Positions 1 to 13,300 of a stretch of 64,000 nt of DNA are shown here, piece after piece (within the stretch, counting starts at the first letter, position 1; each line of letters opens with the position of its first letter). The stretch lies in the NCBI GenBank assembly GCA_043228905.1, contig JBHGNT010000008.1, positions 16,120,001 through 16,184,000 of the forward strand, in the 5' to 3' direction. The notes below the pieces were generated by a model. That model had not been told where the DNA came from. It was given only the letters and a program-made list of their open reading frames with translations, and made no database searches. Made by a program: the position numbers and the translations under genes. The stretch comes from Azolla caroliniana (lineage: Eukaryota > Plantae > Polypodiophyta).

Positions 1-270
1 TTAGTATGAGTCATAGAATCATATTCTATGACACATAACTTATGAGCTTTCACATTCCCCATGCTCCATGAGTTTTGTAGTTAATGAAGAGAGAGGGTGA
101 CTATATAAAGCACCCTCCTCCCACCTTCTATAATGTTGAGTCTTTCTCCTTTGTTAATACAATCTACCTTGCGTATACTCTGTGTGTGTGTGTCTCTCTC
201 TCTCTCTCACACATATGCACATAACACACATCTATTCTGCTACACAAGAATCATACCCGATTTCTTGACA

Positions 271-282
271 TGGTATCCGAGC
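271..282 (+). promoter_or_regulatory. Primer binding site (tRNA-iMet type, 1 mismatch) of copia A
   Basis: TGGTATCCGAGC directly after the LTR-terminal CA; consensus is TGGTATCAGAGC. Confidence 0.85.
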
Positions 283-430
283 AAGGTTGGTAGCTCGATC
301 TAGCCCATTCGCCTCATCATGATCGTGTGTTGTGCTCTATGCCGACGACCAAGAACCGGCTCATTGCTATAGCACCTTCGCTACATAGCTTGCATTCGAA
401 GAGAGAAGAAGAAGAAGAAGAATCAACATA

Positions 431-3400
431 ATGAATACTCAAATGGGGAGCGCTCTCCCTACTGAGAAGTTGGATCGAAACAACTTCGCATCTTGAGAGT
501 ACAAGATGCATCAATACCTTGTCGGACAAGGTTATTGGAGCTACATCAAAGGAGCGCATGAAGACCGACCCGCCGAAGCGGCTCCCGGATACGCAACATG
601 GGAGCAAGCCGCAAGCTGCGTGATGTATTGCTTGGCGACATGTGTTCACGATCACATGCTCAGCTACATTCGCGAAGCCAACATGCCGAAGGAAGCAATG
701 GAAAATCTATGAAAGATTTTCGTGACGAACACAACTGCAAGAAGGCTTCAACTCCGCCAAGAGTTGAACAACATTCAACAAAGGGACATGTCCATTACGA
801 CATACACCTCGAAGATCAAGGAGGTTTGCGATTCGCTCGGCTCAATAAGTGTAAATATCGATGATGATGATGAGATGGTTCAAATATGCCTCGGCGGCCT
901 AACACCACGGTTCGGCGCGATGCGAACCGCCATTCTAGCATGGGAAAAAACTCCCTCCTTCTTCGAGCTCCAATTAATGCTATTGGTCAAAGAAAACCAC
1001 GTGCGTACAAGGAGCAATGAGTCGGAAGGCCACATGCTCTACACGCACTCGAACGGAGGAAGAGGACGCGGACGGTTGAGAGGCCGATTCGGCCAAGGAC
1101 AAGGCGGACGAGGTTCGACCTATGATAACAACTTCCAATTTCGGCCGCTGAACGAAAGTCAACAAGGAACCTTCGCAAGAAGGGGGAGCTTCCACTACGG
1201 CCTGAGCCGTCAAAACGCAACCGAATGTGGATATTGCGGAAAGCTCGGCCACTACGAAGAAGAGTGCCGAAAGAAGATGCATGAATCGGCTTCCACAAGC
1301 CGACAACTCACGAATTACGCGCACAATTCCGACTATGAAGAGTATAGCGGAATGTACGGGAACAACTCCGACTATGAAGATCGTGCCGGAATGTATGCAC
1401 GCAACTCCGACCGTGGCGGTATGTTCATGATGAAACATAGAGCAAACTCTATGTCAGCCTCTACCTCAACTAGTGCCCTCAATCCGGAGGACGTATGGTT
1501 TGTTGACTCCGGAGCCTCAAACCATATGACATCCCATAAAGAATGGTTTCTCAAACTTTGAGAGCCGGAGTGATCCGGTTATGTCGAAACCGGAGATGAC
1601 ACTACGCACCCGATTCGGCACATTGGCAATGTTCCATTCGGCGAAAGAGGTAAGAAAACATACATTAAAAATGTCTTGCATGTTCCCACCATCACAAAGA
1701 ATTTGGTCTCGGTCGGCCAAATGGTTGAGCAAGGGATGCAAGTACGATTCGACCAAGATGGGTGCTTCATCGAAAAAGAAGGCCGAATCATCGCACGCGG
1801 AAGAAGAGAGGGCTGGATGTTCATTCTCGATTCACACGAGATGAAATCCGCCATGTTCGCGAAAAGCACGAAAGCCAACTCCGACATAGAGCTATGGCAC
1901 AAGCGAATCGGCCACATCAATCTCAACAAACTCAAAGCAATGAAATCGAAAGTAGTCGTCATCGGACTCCCGACATTCAAAGAGAAGGAGATTGAAGGTG
2001 TATGCGAAGCGTGCCAATTCGGCAAGCAACACCGACACCCATTCCTGAAAGAGTGGAACGTGAGCAAAGGTCTACTCGACGTAGTCCATTCTGACGTATG
2101 GGGACCGACACAAACGACTACATTCGACGGATGCCGATACTACGTGCTCTTCATCGACGACTTCTCTACGCACACTTGGATCTACCTGATGCGGCAAAAG
2201 AGCTAAGTGTTCAAACACTTACAAACATTCAAGAATGAAGTTGAGAAAGCCATGGGCCGACATGTATGCTGTCTTTGATCAGATGGTGGCAAAGAGTACT
2301 TCTCGGATGATTTCACGGCGTATCTCCGAATGGAAGGAATTCGGCGAGAATTCCCTTACCGACACACTCCGCAACAAAACAGAGTAGCTGAGCGCAAAAA
2401 TCGGCACATCCTCGAAGTAGCACAGACCATGATGAACGAGAAGCATATGCCCAAGTCATATTGGGCCGAAGCTGCAAATACGGTCGTCTACCTAATGAAC
2501 CGGTGCACAACATCCGGCGTGCACGAGGTCACTCCGCACAAAAAATACTTCGGAAAGAAGCTGGACTTATCACACATCCGGATATTCGGTGCGATAACGT
2601 ACATGCACATCCCCGACAACAAGCGTCAAAAGCTTGATCTGAAGTCGGAGAAATGTATCCTCGTAGGATACTCATTTGAGCAAAAGGGGTACAAGTGCTA
2701 CAACCCCTCAACTCGAGAATCTCGCGTAAGTCGAGACGTCGTTTTCGACGAGTCCGCATCCTGGTACGCACCCGAGACAACCCTGATTCCGCTCGATCCA
2801 GAATCCGCCGAACAAGGGATAGAGGATGAAGATCGCCCTATGTGCATGTTCGAAGAAAGTCCAATCACGACCCGACTGAGCGGACCACAAGAGCCTTTGA
2901 GCGATCAAAGCGCATCACGGCCTAGCCCGAAGATGGACAAAGGCAAGGTGAAAATGGCGGAATACGCAGACGATCGCTTTGACGACGATGAGTCGACTCA
3001 CTCACTCGACAGTGAGTTCGGCGACTTCGATGTACCAATCGGAGCTAAGAAAGCCCTCATCTCTGCAAATGAAAAGCTCCGTCGCTCCACCCGTGAAAAG
3101 AATCTGGTTAGCCGATTCGGCTACAACGACTACATGGCATATCACTATGCCTTCATGATGAAGGTGGCGACAATACGCGAGCCGGAAACATTTTCCGAAG
3201 CAGCTAAGGATCCGCAATAGATTGAAGCCATGAACGAGGAGATGCAGGCACTACGCAAGAACGAGGCGTGGGATCTTGTTCCCACCTCACCGCACAAAAA
3301 GGCGATCGAATGCAGATGGATTTACAAAGTGAAGTACAACGCCAACGGTTCCGTCAACCGCTACAAAGCGCGACTAGTAGCGAAAGGACACGCTTAGATG

Positions 3401-4984
3401 CATGGCGTCGACTATGAAGAAACCTTTGCCGCGGTGGCAAAGATGACGACGGTACGGACCGTAATTGCGCTTGCCGCGGCGAAAGGGTGGCACCTCCATT
3501 AAATGGACGTCAAGAATGCATTTCTACAAGGCGAATTAGAAGAGGAGGTGTACATGATACAACCACCCGGCTTCAACTTGAGCACCCATCTGAAAGTTGT
3601 ATGCCGACTCAAGAAGCCACTCTACGGCCTCAAGCAAGCACCACGTGCTTGGCATTCGAAGATAACGCAATATCTTCATCAAATCAGCTTATGTATGTCA
3701 AAATCGGAAAACTCCCTCTACATACGGAGCGATTCCGCAAGTCCGATCATCATCATCTTATATGTGGATGACCTAGTAATTGGCGGTGAGCATCTCATCG
3801 ACATCAATAAGGTCAAATTCCTCCTTTCCGACAAGTTCGAGATGACGGACATGAAGGAGCTCCACTACTTGCTCGGCATCGAGGTAATTCAGACGCCGGC
3901 CGGAATCATCATCTCTCAATGGCACTACATCCTCAACTTGTTATACAAGTTCGGTATGGCTGAGTGTAAATACGCGACAAACCCGCTCAATCGCAATCTC
4001 AAACTAGATGCGAACTCCGGCATCAAAGCGTGTGAACCGACTCAGTATCGGCAACTCATCGGGAGTCTCATCTACCTCACGATCACTCGACCCGATCTCA
4101 GTTATCCGATCGGTCTCCTTCTTCAATTCATGCAAACACCACGTGATACTCACTTGGATTGCGGTAAGCGAGTTCTATGATATGTGAGCAGCGGCACAAT
4201 GGATTGCGGCATCCTCTACAAGACCGCGATGCCAATACGACTCGAGGGGTACACAAACGCCGATTGGGCCGGCTACAAAGCCGATAGAAGATCAACCTCC
4301 GTATTTGTTTTCTCCCTCAGCAGTGGACCAATATCCTGGAGTAGCAAGAAGCAACCTATCGTCGCTCTTTCGAGTACGGAGGCGGAATACAGGGGTGCGG
4401 CCGTAGCTGCATGTGAAGCCGTATGGCTCAAGAGGATTTTGAAGGATCTGGGCATTCCCATCAAGGATCCGACTCTCCTTTATTGCGACAACATGAGCAG
4501 TATTTATTTGGCTCGGAACCCGGTGTTCCACGCGCGGACAAAGCACATCGAAGTGCACTATCACTTCATCTGAGAGCACGTTCTAGCTGGCGATATCGAC
4601 CTACAACACATTAGCACCAATCTTCAAACGACCGACATCTTCACTAAAGCCTTAGGAGCTGACAAGCTGTGGCAATTCATGGCCAATCTCGGATTGACGA
4701 TCCCTGACCTACCAAGCTTGAGGGGGAGTACTGAAGACACTGTGCAATAACGCGTGGATTACGTAACCGCGCAACGAAGCCGCGAAGAGCTGATGTACCG
4801 TGCAACTACGCACAACGCAAGCTGGAGCACGGATTCCGCAACTCCGCATAAATGTGAATCGACGCGAGTCGATGCGGACTCTGGAACGCGAGTCGAAGCA
4901 TATTTTAGATACCATCTGAAACCGACCCAACTTGAGCTTAAGGGGGCATGTTCAGAATCAAGCTCAACTTGGTCTAATGTGTGA
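431..4984 (+). pseudogene. Copia A gag-pol, broken by many stops and frameshifts
   Basis: Zinc knuckle CGYCGKLGHYEEEC; protease WFVDSGASNHMT; integrase HHCC and VHSDVWGP; [10 protein letters not shown]...YVDD; RNase H ADWAG...TKHIEVHYHF. Confidence 0.9.
1325..1411 (+). repeat. 39-bp in-frame tandem repeat (about 2.2 copies) in the Gag-PR linker of A
   Basis: NSDYEEYSGMYGN / NSDYEDRAGMYAR / NSD. Confidence 0.8.
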
Positions 4985-5061
4985 ACTCACCTTGAGAGTG
5001 AATAGACACTCCAACGGTCAAGAGTCACCACTATGTCACTAGTTTGTATTCTAGCTTTTGT

Positions 5062-5133
5062 CATGATATAACAAGACTCGAACCCATGACCTTATGTTAC
5101 ATGGGTCGAGCTCTTGACCATTACACTATCTAT
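5062..5133 (-). promoter_or_regulatory. tRNA-like Pol III A-box/B-box cassette, antisense in U3 of the C LTR
   Basis: Minus strand reads TAGTGTAATGG...35 nt...TTCGAGTC (GGTTCGAGTC). Cloverleaf stems are degenerate. Confidence 0.6.
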
Positions 5134-5629
5134 TGTAATATACAAAATATTACTTTTATTTAAGTTTTAGTATAGAAAATTAATGTATATTCCAAATTTC
5201 TCTAGAACATTTTAGAAGCTTCAGGACTACTCTTGAGAACACTATAAAAGGAGGTACAAGGCATTATTTCGAAAACCAAATCGGTTCAATGCCAGTCTTA
5301 AGCCTCCTAGCCTTCCTTTTATATTCTTCTCACATAATATATCATTGTCATCATCATTTTCTCTCGCTCTCTCTCTCGCTCTCTCTCTCAAGTGTTCTAT
5401 TCCCTCTATTCCTCTTAGTACTAATATTCCTCTCTTAGTACTAATTTCTTCTTTGTCTCAGTACTATTCCTAACAGTTTGAAGCGATTTTCTCTCCTTCC
5501 GTCTCCTCCTTTCCTCCACTTCCTTTTATCTTCTTACATATCCCCTTTTTTCCGGTCTTCTTTCCGGTTTGCCTCCTCTTCTTACCCCTTTTTTCCCTTC
5601 ATACGAATACTCTTATCCCCCTTAGTAAA

Positions 5630-5674
5630 ATGGAAATTGTTAGTGCTCTAGAATACCAATCTGTTTTCTCAGAG
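5630..5674 (+). pseudogene. Element C gag, first segment (MEIVSALEYQSVFSE)
   Basis: ATG at 5630; joins in frame to 32527 (LQCLKEKF...) after removing B and one CAGAG copy. Confidence 0.8.
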
Positions 5675-6198
5675 TGTTGAGAGACAAGCTCAACATCGGC
5701 CGGATCGGCTGAAGAAGCCGAGGACCGGATCGGTTGGGACTGATCAGTTAGGCCGAATGCATAAACCGGTATGCAGACCGATGCGTAGGTAGAGCCGGAT
5801 TGGTGCGTAAACCGGGAGGCCGTTAGGAAAGATATTCCGTGAGGAATATATTTAGGAGTTAGTGTAGGAGCTCTTAATGAGCATTGAAGTACTATCAGTA
5901 CTTCGGTCAGTCCTTCTAGGACTTGTATAAAAGTGTTCATTGAACACACATATGTACAGTGTGGTGAATAGAGATTGTGTACTATTGTTGAATATAGTTC
6001 TTGTTTTTTTTCTCTCTCACTCTCTCTGTCTCTCCTACGTATACTGCGTAAGCTCAAGCTCTCCATTAAACCTGAGTTTTCTTCCTTCTGTTCGGTCTTC
6101 ATACTTGCTTCCGCACGTTCCTTTTTACATGGTATCAGAGCGCGAGGGTTGAGAACCTCTCTGTAGCCGACACAGCTTGACGAAGAAGAACGAGAAGA

Positions 6199-6430
6199 AT
6201 GATGGATAGAGGCATGGCGAGCTCGCTTCCAACAGAGAAGCTCAACAGAACCAACTACGCGTCTTGGTCATACAAGATGCACCAGTACCTGATCGGGCAC
6301 GGGTACTGGAGTTATGTCGAAGGAGCTAATGGCGTGGGACCCGAATCGACACACAGAGACTTCCCGTCGTGGGAGCAATCGGCGAGCAGGGTATTATACT
6401 GCTTCGCGTCATGTGTGGACGAACAACTAT
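6199..6430 (+). pseudogene. Copia B gag N-terminus
   Basis: MMDRGMASSLPTEKLNRTNYASWSYKMHQYL; continues at 17593. Confidence 0.9.
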
Positions 6431-6479
6431 TGTTGGGATTACGGTCCCTCCGGATGGGATGGTCAGATGTCCGGGAATC

Positions 6480-6625
6480 GGGAATGAAGACCCGGTTCCG
6501 GAGCCGGATGATGAAGACCCCGGCTACGGAGCCGGATGATGAAGACCCCGGCTACGGAGCCGGATGATGAAGACCCGGTTTCGGATCCGGATGATGAAGA
6601 CCCCGGCTACGGAGCCGGATGACGA
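6480..6625 (+). repeat. 27-28-bp CCGG-rich tandem repeats in U3 of F-family LTRs (also near 10410-10635, 15310-15510, 16935-17105)
   Basis: Unit GCCGGATGATGAAGACCCCGGCTACGGA. Confidence 0.9.
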
Positions 6626-9600
6626 ATGTACCCGGAGAGAGATCCAGATGCGGGGACATATTTGTGAATATGTTTGCCAAGAGCCCTCTAGGCTATATTT
6701 GTAAATAGCCCGAAAGTCATATATGTATAAATATGACTTAGGGCAAACAGTTTTGGTTGTTGTTGCTCATTTTTCTGTTTTCCACTTAGAGGGAGCGAAG
6801 TGAGAGCAGCCGAGAGAGAGAGTGAGAGAGGGAAAGGAAGAGGTCGACGCCTCTGTGTAATACCGCCGCCTGTGGCGAGGACAGCGAGCTCAAGGTCGTC
6901 GCCTTGCAGCTCGCCATTATACATTCCCTGCGTATAGTGATAGTTGGAGTCTTGCACTCCCGTGGTTTTTCCCGTCTAGGGTTTTCCACGCTAAACCCTG
7001 TGCATTCGAGTCTTTCTCTGTGTCTTCGATTTACTGCTGCATTGATCCGTGTTTCCTCGGTTGTGGCCGAGAGGTGAAGGTTTTTGAAAGCGTCAATTTC
7101 TAACAATCTGGTATCAGAGCGACTGCAGTGCAGAAAATGGAAGGCGGCAGCAGCGGGCAGCCGGGGATGATGGTGCTGAATGCGCAGAACTACGCCGACT
7201 GGAAGATAAAGATGGAGGATCTGCTCATTGTTCGGGACCTGTATGAACCGATCGACAGGTCGGAAATACCCAAGGGGGTACTTGAGACGGAATGGAGGCT
7301 TCTGAACCGGAAAGCCGTTGCAACCATTCGGCAATACGTCGACGTGAGCGTTCTACAACATGTGGCGAACGACACCAACGCATATGAGATGTGGCAGAAG
7401 CTGTCGGGCCTCTACGAGAGGAAGAATGCGTTGAACCGGACCTCCCTGATGAGGAAGATAGTGAACCTCAAGTACCGGGACGGCGAGAATATGGTGGAAC
7501 ACGTAAGCACGTTCATGGGATTCGTGAACCAGCTTGCGGCGATCAAGTTCCCGTTGGAGGATGCAATGCAAGCCATCATTCTGATGTGTACATTGCCGGA
7601 AAGCTAGGAGAACTTGGTGGTGACTCTCAGCACCTCCTGCACCGAAGATAACTTGTCTCTACAAACGGTAAAGACAAGCATTTTGAACGAAGAAGCGCGT
7701 CGGAGAGATAAAGAACCGGCCTCCGATCCGAAGATGCTTCTTACCGAATCGGATCGGGGAAGACAACGGAACCGGAGTCCGCAAAGACGGGAGAAGTCGG
7801 GGACCCGGTCGCAGTCAAGAGGAAGGCCCACATGCTTCCACTGTGGGAAGCCGGGGCACTTCCGAAAGAATTGTCGGCATTACCGAAAAGACAACGGAGC
7901 CGACGACACCGATTCGAAGAAGTCTTCGGAACGGAACGGTGCTTACCGGGGAGCCACGGACCGGAATGGTTCGGATCGGCGAGGGCAGGACCGGAAAGGA
8001 ACGACGGCACTCGCGGCAAGTGAAGAGGAGATGATGCTCATCACCGAAGAAGGTGAACTAAACATTGCCGGCGATGAGACTACCTGGGTGGTCGATTCCA
8101 GAGCGTCGTTCCACCTGACCCCGGAAAGAAGATACTTCTCATCCTACACAGCCGGTGAGCATGGCTGTGTTCGGATGGGAAATGAAGATACGTGCCGGAT
8201 TGCCGGCATAGGAGACGTGTGGTTGACAACCTCGACCGGATGCAAAATGTTGCTGAAGGATGTCCGACACGTTCCGGAGGTTCGATTGAACCTGATTTCG
8301 GCCGGGAGGCTAGATGATAAAGGCTACACAGGTAGCATCCGGAACTGCGTAATGAAGTTCAGCAAGGGGAGCCTGATAGTGGCTCGGGCCCAGAAAGTCA
8401 ACACACTGTACCTTATGAATGCCTGGTTGTGTCCGGAGGAGTTGAACGTGGCAGCCGACACAGCCGGTGAGCTGTGGCACACGAGACTGTGCCACATGAG
8501 TGAGAAGGGGATGAAGAGGCTTGCAAAAGACAACCTTATTCCAGTGAAGCATGTGCACCTGGAGAAGTGCACCGATTGCTTGGCCGGTAAGCAGAACCGA
8601 ACCTCCTTCCACTCAAGGCCACCGACGAGACGTAGCGCACCATTGGAGTTGGTGCACACTGACGTGTGTCAAGTAGAAACGAAGTCACATGGTGGAGCCC
8701 AGTACTTCGTGACATTCATTGATGACCACAGCCGGAAGCTGTGGACGGCACCGTTGAAGACAAAGGACCAAGCGTTGTGCGTCTTCAAAGAACTCCACGC
8801 GAGAGTGGAAAGGGAATCCGGCAAGAAGCTGAAAGCGATACGAGCGGATAACGGAGGGGGATACCGGGGGCAGTTCAAGGAGTACTGTCGCTCGAAGGGA
8901 ATCCGGCTCGAGTTTACTGTGCCGAAGACGCCGGAACTGAACGGGCTGGCCGAGAGGATGAACCGGACCATAATGGAGAGGGTCCGGAGTATGCTGGCGC
9001 ATGCGAAATTACCCAAGGGGTTTTGGGCTGAGGCAATGTCGACGGCGACATACGTGATAAACAGATCACCCTCAGTACCTTTGGACGGAGACACGCCGCA
9101 GAGAGTGTGGACCGGTAGGGAAGTATCCTACCGGCATCTGAAGGTGTTCGGGTGTCTCGCATATGTGCATGTGGCAAAGGACCGGAGAGGAAAGCTAGAT
9201 CCAAAGACCCGGCCATGCATATTCCTCGGTTACGGCGATGACGAATTCGGCTACCGAGTATGGGACCCGGTCGACAAAAAGATATTCCGGAGTCATGATA
9301 TCATCTTCATGGAGGACAAGACACTCGCCGACTGGGAGTCGGAGAAGAAGATGAAGAGCTCCAAGTCGACTGGTGAGGATCAACTCTACGAGGAGCAGTC
9401 CCGACCGGCAAGGGACCGGTTAGCACTCGAGGATCCGGCCGAAGACGGCGAAGAAACAGAACCGGCCGAGGAAGATGAAACTGATACCGGAACCGGCCCC
9501 GATCCCGAAATGGATTCGGATGAAGAGGAAACGGAGGAGCCGGTTACCGAAGCTCCGGAACGGAGATATCCTATAAGAGAGAGAAGGGCCCCCCGGAGAT

Positions 9601-10333
9601 TTCCGGAACCAGAGCACGTGCTGCTAACCGACGAGGGGGAGCCGGAGAGTTTTGAAGAAGCAAAGCTTGACACCCATAGCCGCAGGTGGTTAAGTGCCAT
9701 GCAGGAGGAGATGGATTCCCTGCATGAGAACCACACATATGAACTTGTGGAGTTGCCGAAAGGAAAGCGGGCACTTCGAAACAAGTGGGTGTTCAAGCTG
9801 AAACCGGGAGATGCCGGAAACCCCCCGAGATACAAAGCCAGGATCGTGGTGAAGGGGTTCCAGCAGAAGAAGGGCGTCGACTTCGACGAGATATTTTCCC
9901 CGGTAGTGAAGATGACCTCCATCCGGACGGTGCTGAGCATAGCGCCAAGCATGGACCTCGAGGTAGAACAGATGGACGTGAAGACGGCATTCCTTCACGG
10001 TGACCTCGAAGAAGAGATCTACATGCAGCAACCGGAAGGATTCGAGAAGAAAGGGAAGGAGCACCTGGTATGCCGGTTGAAGAAGAGCCTTTACGGAATG
10101 AAGCAGGCTCCCCGGCAATGGTACCGGAAGTTCGACTCTTTCATGACCGACGAAGGGTACCACAAAACGCAGTCCAATCACTGCGTGTTTGTGAAGAAGT
10201 TCGAAGGAGGAGACTTTCTAATACTCCTCCTGTACGTGGACGACATGTTGATCGTCGGACGGGACCAGGGCAAGATACGGATGTTGAAGAAAGCGCTTCA
10301 CCGAACCTTCTCAATGAAGGACCTGGGTCCGGC

Positions 10334-13300
10334 TGTTGGGATTTACGGTCCCTCCGGATGGGATGTCCGGAGATGAATGACGGCAAGCCCGGTATCGGTT
10401 ACGGAACCGGAGGATGAAGAGTACCCGGCATGAAGCCGGATGAAGAGTACCCGGCTACGGAGCCGGATGATGTAGACCCCGGCTACGGAGCCGGATGATG
10501 AAGACCCGGCGACGGAGCCGGATGATGAAGACCCGGCTACGGAGCCGGATGACGAAGACCCGGCTACGGAGCCGGATGACGAAGACCCGGCTACGGAACC
10601 GGATGACGAAGACCCCGGCTACGGAGCCGGATGATGTATGTACCTGGAGAGAGATCCGGATGCGGGGACATATTTGTGAATATGTTTGCTAAGGGCCCTT
10701 GTGGCTATATTTGTAAATAGCCTGAAAGTCATATGTGTATAAATATGACTTAGGGCAAACAGTTTTATGTTGTTGCTCATTTTCTGTTTTTCCACTTAGA
10801 GAGAGTGAAGAGAGCAGCCGAGAGAGCGAGAGAGAGAGAGAGAGACGAAGAGGTCGTTGCCTCTGTGTATTACCGCCGCCTGTGGCGAAGACAGTGAGCT
10901 CAAGGTTGTTGCCTTGAAGCTTCACCATTGTACATCTCTGTTCATAGTGATAGTTGGAGTTTGAGGACTCCCGTGGTTTTTTCCCGTATAGGGTTTTCCA
11001 CGTTAATCCCTGTGTTATCGTGTCTTTCTCTGTGTTTCCTATTTTCTGCTGCATTGATTCGAGATTTCTCGGTTGTGGCCGAGTGGTCAAGGTGAATCGG
11101 AGCGTTGATTCGCAACAAACTGGTATCAGAGCGACGGCAGTGCAGAAAATGGAAGGCGGCAGCAGCGGGCAGCCGGGGATGATGGTGCTGAATGCGCAGA
11201 ACTACGCCGACTGGAAGATCAAGATGGAGGATCTTCTGATTGTTCGGGACCTGTACGAACCGATTGACAGGTCGGAAATACCGAAGGGGGTACTTGAGTC
11301 GGAATGGAGGCTTCTGAACCGGAAAGCCGTTGCAACCATTCGGCAATACGTCGACGTGAGCGTTCTACAGCATGTGGCGAACGACACCAACGCATACGAG
11401 ATGTGGCGGAAGCTGTCGGGCCTCTACGAGAGGAAGAATGCGTTGAACCGGACCTCCCTGATGAGGAAGATAGTGAACCTCAAGTACCGGGACGGCGAAA
11501 GTATGGTGGAACACGTAAGCACGTTCATGGGATTCGTGAACCAGCTTGCGGCGATCAAGTTCCCGTTGGAGGATGCAATGCAAGCCATCATCTTGATGTG
11601 TACATTGCCGGAAAGCTGGGAGAACTTGGTGGTGACTCTCAGCACCTCCTGCACAGAAGATAACTTGTCCTTGCAAACGGTAAAGACAAGTATTTTGAAC
11701 GAAGAAGCGCGTCGGAGAGATAAAGAACCGGCCTCCGACCCGAAGGCGCTGCTTACCGAATCGGATCGTGGAAGACAATGGAACCGGAGTCCGCAAAGAC
11801 GGGAGAAGTCGGGGACCCGGTCGCAGTCAAGAGGAAGGCCCACATGCTTCCACTGTGGGAAACCGGGGCACTTCCGAAAGAATTGTCGGCATTACCGAAA
11901 AGACAACGGAGCCGACGACACCGATTCGAAGAAGTCACCGGAGAGAAACGGTGCATACCGGGGAGCCACGGACCGGAGAGGTTCGGATCGGCGAGGGCAG
12001 GACCGGAAAGGAACGACGGCACTCGCGGCAAGTGAGGAAGAAATCATGCTCATTACCGAAGAGAGGGAGCTGAACCTTGCCGGAGAAGAGACGACCTGGG
12101 TGGTCGATTCCGGAGCGTCGTTCCACCTGACCCCGGAGAAGAAATACTTCTCATCCTACACAGCCGGTGAGCATGGCTGTGTCCGGATGGGAAATGAAGG
12201 TACATGCCGGATTGCCGGCATAGGAGACGTGTGGCTGATGACATCAACCGGATGCAAGATGCTGCTGAAGGATGTCCGACATGTTCCGGAGGTTCGATTG
12301 AACCTGATTTCGGCCGGGAGGCTAGACGATGAAGGCTACACGGGTAGCATCCGGAACGGTGTCATGAAGTTCAGCAAAGGGAGCCTGATAGTGGCTCGGG
12401 CCCGGAAGGTCAACACACTGTACCTGATGAATTCCCGGCTATGTCCGGAGGAGTTGAATGTGGCAGCCGACACTGCCGGTGAGCTGTGGCACAAGAGACT
12501 GTGCCACATGAGTGAGAAGGGGATGAAGAGGCTTGCAGAAGACAACCTTATTCCAGTGAAGCATGTGCATCTGGAGAAGTGCACCGATTGCCTGGCCGGT
12601 AAGCAGAACCGAGCCTCCTTCCACTCAAGGCCACCGACGAGACGTAGCGCACCATTGGAGTTGGTGCACACTGATGTGTGTCAGGTAGAAACGAAGTCAC
12701 ATGGCGGAGCCCAGTACTTCGTAACATTCATAGATGATCACAGCCGGAAGCTGTGGACGGCACCGTTGAAGACAAAGGACCAAGTATTGTCCGTCTTCAA
12801 AGAACTCCACGCGAGAGTGGAAAGGGAATCCGGCAAGGAGCTGAAAGCGATACGAGCGGATAACGGAGGGGAATACCGGGGGCAGTTCGAGGAGTACTGT
12901 CGCTCGAAGGGAATCCGGCTCGAGTTTACTGTGCCGAAGACGCCGGAACTGAACGGGCTGGCCGAGAGGATGAACCGGACCATAATGGAGAGGGTCCGGA
13001 GTATGCTGGCGCATGCGAAATTACCCAAGGGGTTTTGGGCTGAGGCAATGTCGACGGCGACATACGTGATAAACAGATCACCCTCAGTACCTTTGGATGG
13101 AGACACGCCGCAGAGAGTGTGGACCGGTAGGGAAGTATCCTACCGGCATCTGAAGGTGTTCAGGTGTCTCGCATATGTGCATGTGGCAAAGGACCGGAGA
13201 GGAAAGCTAGATCCAAAGACCCGGCCATGCATATTCCTCAACTTACGGCAACGACGAGTTCGGCTACCGAGTATGGGACCCGGTCGACAAGAAGATATTC

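Larger units (their letters stand above)
1..5058 (+). mobile_element. Ty1/copia LTR retrotransposon A (decayed). 5' LTR truncated by the window start; 3' LTR interrupted by element C
   Basis: LTR ends ...TTGACA at 270. PBS TGGTATCCGAGC at 271-282. Domain order gag-PR-INT-RT-RH. PPT AAGGGGGCA followed by TG at 4949. Confidence 0.9.

Noticed and set aside
1-5475. Element A having mismatched (chimeric) 5' and 3' LTRs
   Set aside because: Better explained by C inserting into the 3' LTR of A: a gypsy gag follows 5475, and only non-overlapping parts of the two A LTRs are visible.
6480-6625. CRISPR-like array (also the 22-bp repeats at 33090 and 40-bp repeats at 52350)
   Set aside because: Head-to-tail repeats without unique spacers, inside LTRs, with no cas genes and in a eukaryotic context.
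9386-9952. Recurrent antisense ORFs of about 190 aa (also 13399-13965 and 27232-27804)
   Set aside because: Shadow frames of conserved, GC-rich pol sequence; they recur only because the elements are near-identical.
10954-11148. N-terminal extension of F2 Gag starting inside the LTR
   Set aside because: Starts at a non-ATG codon within R/U5; F1 lacks it; the shared start is ATG 11149.
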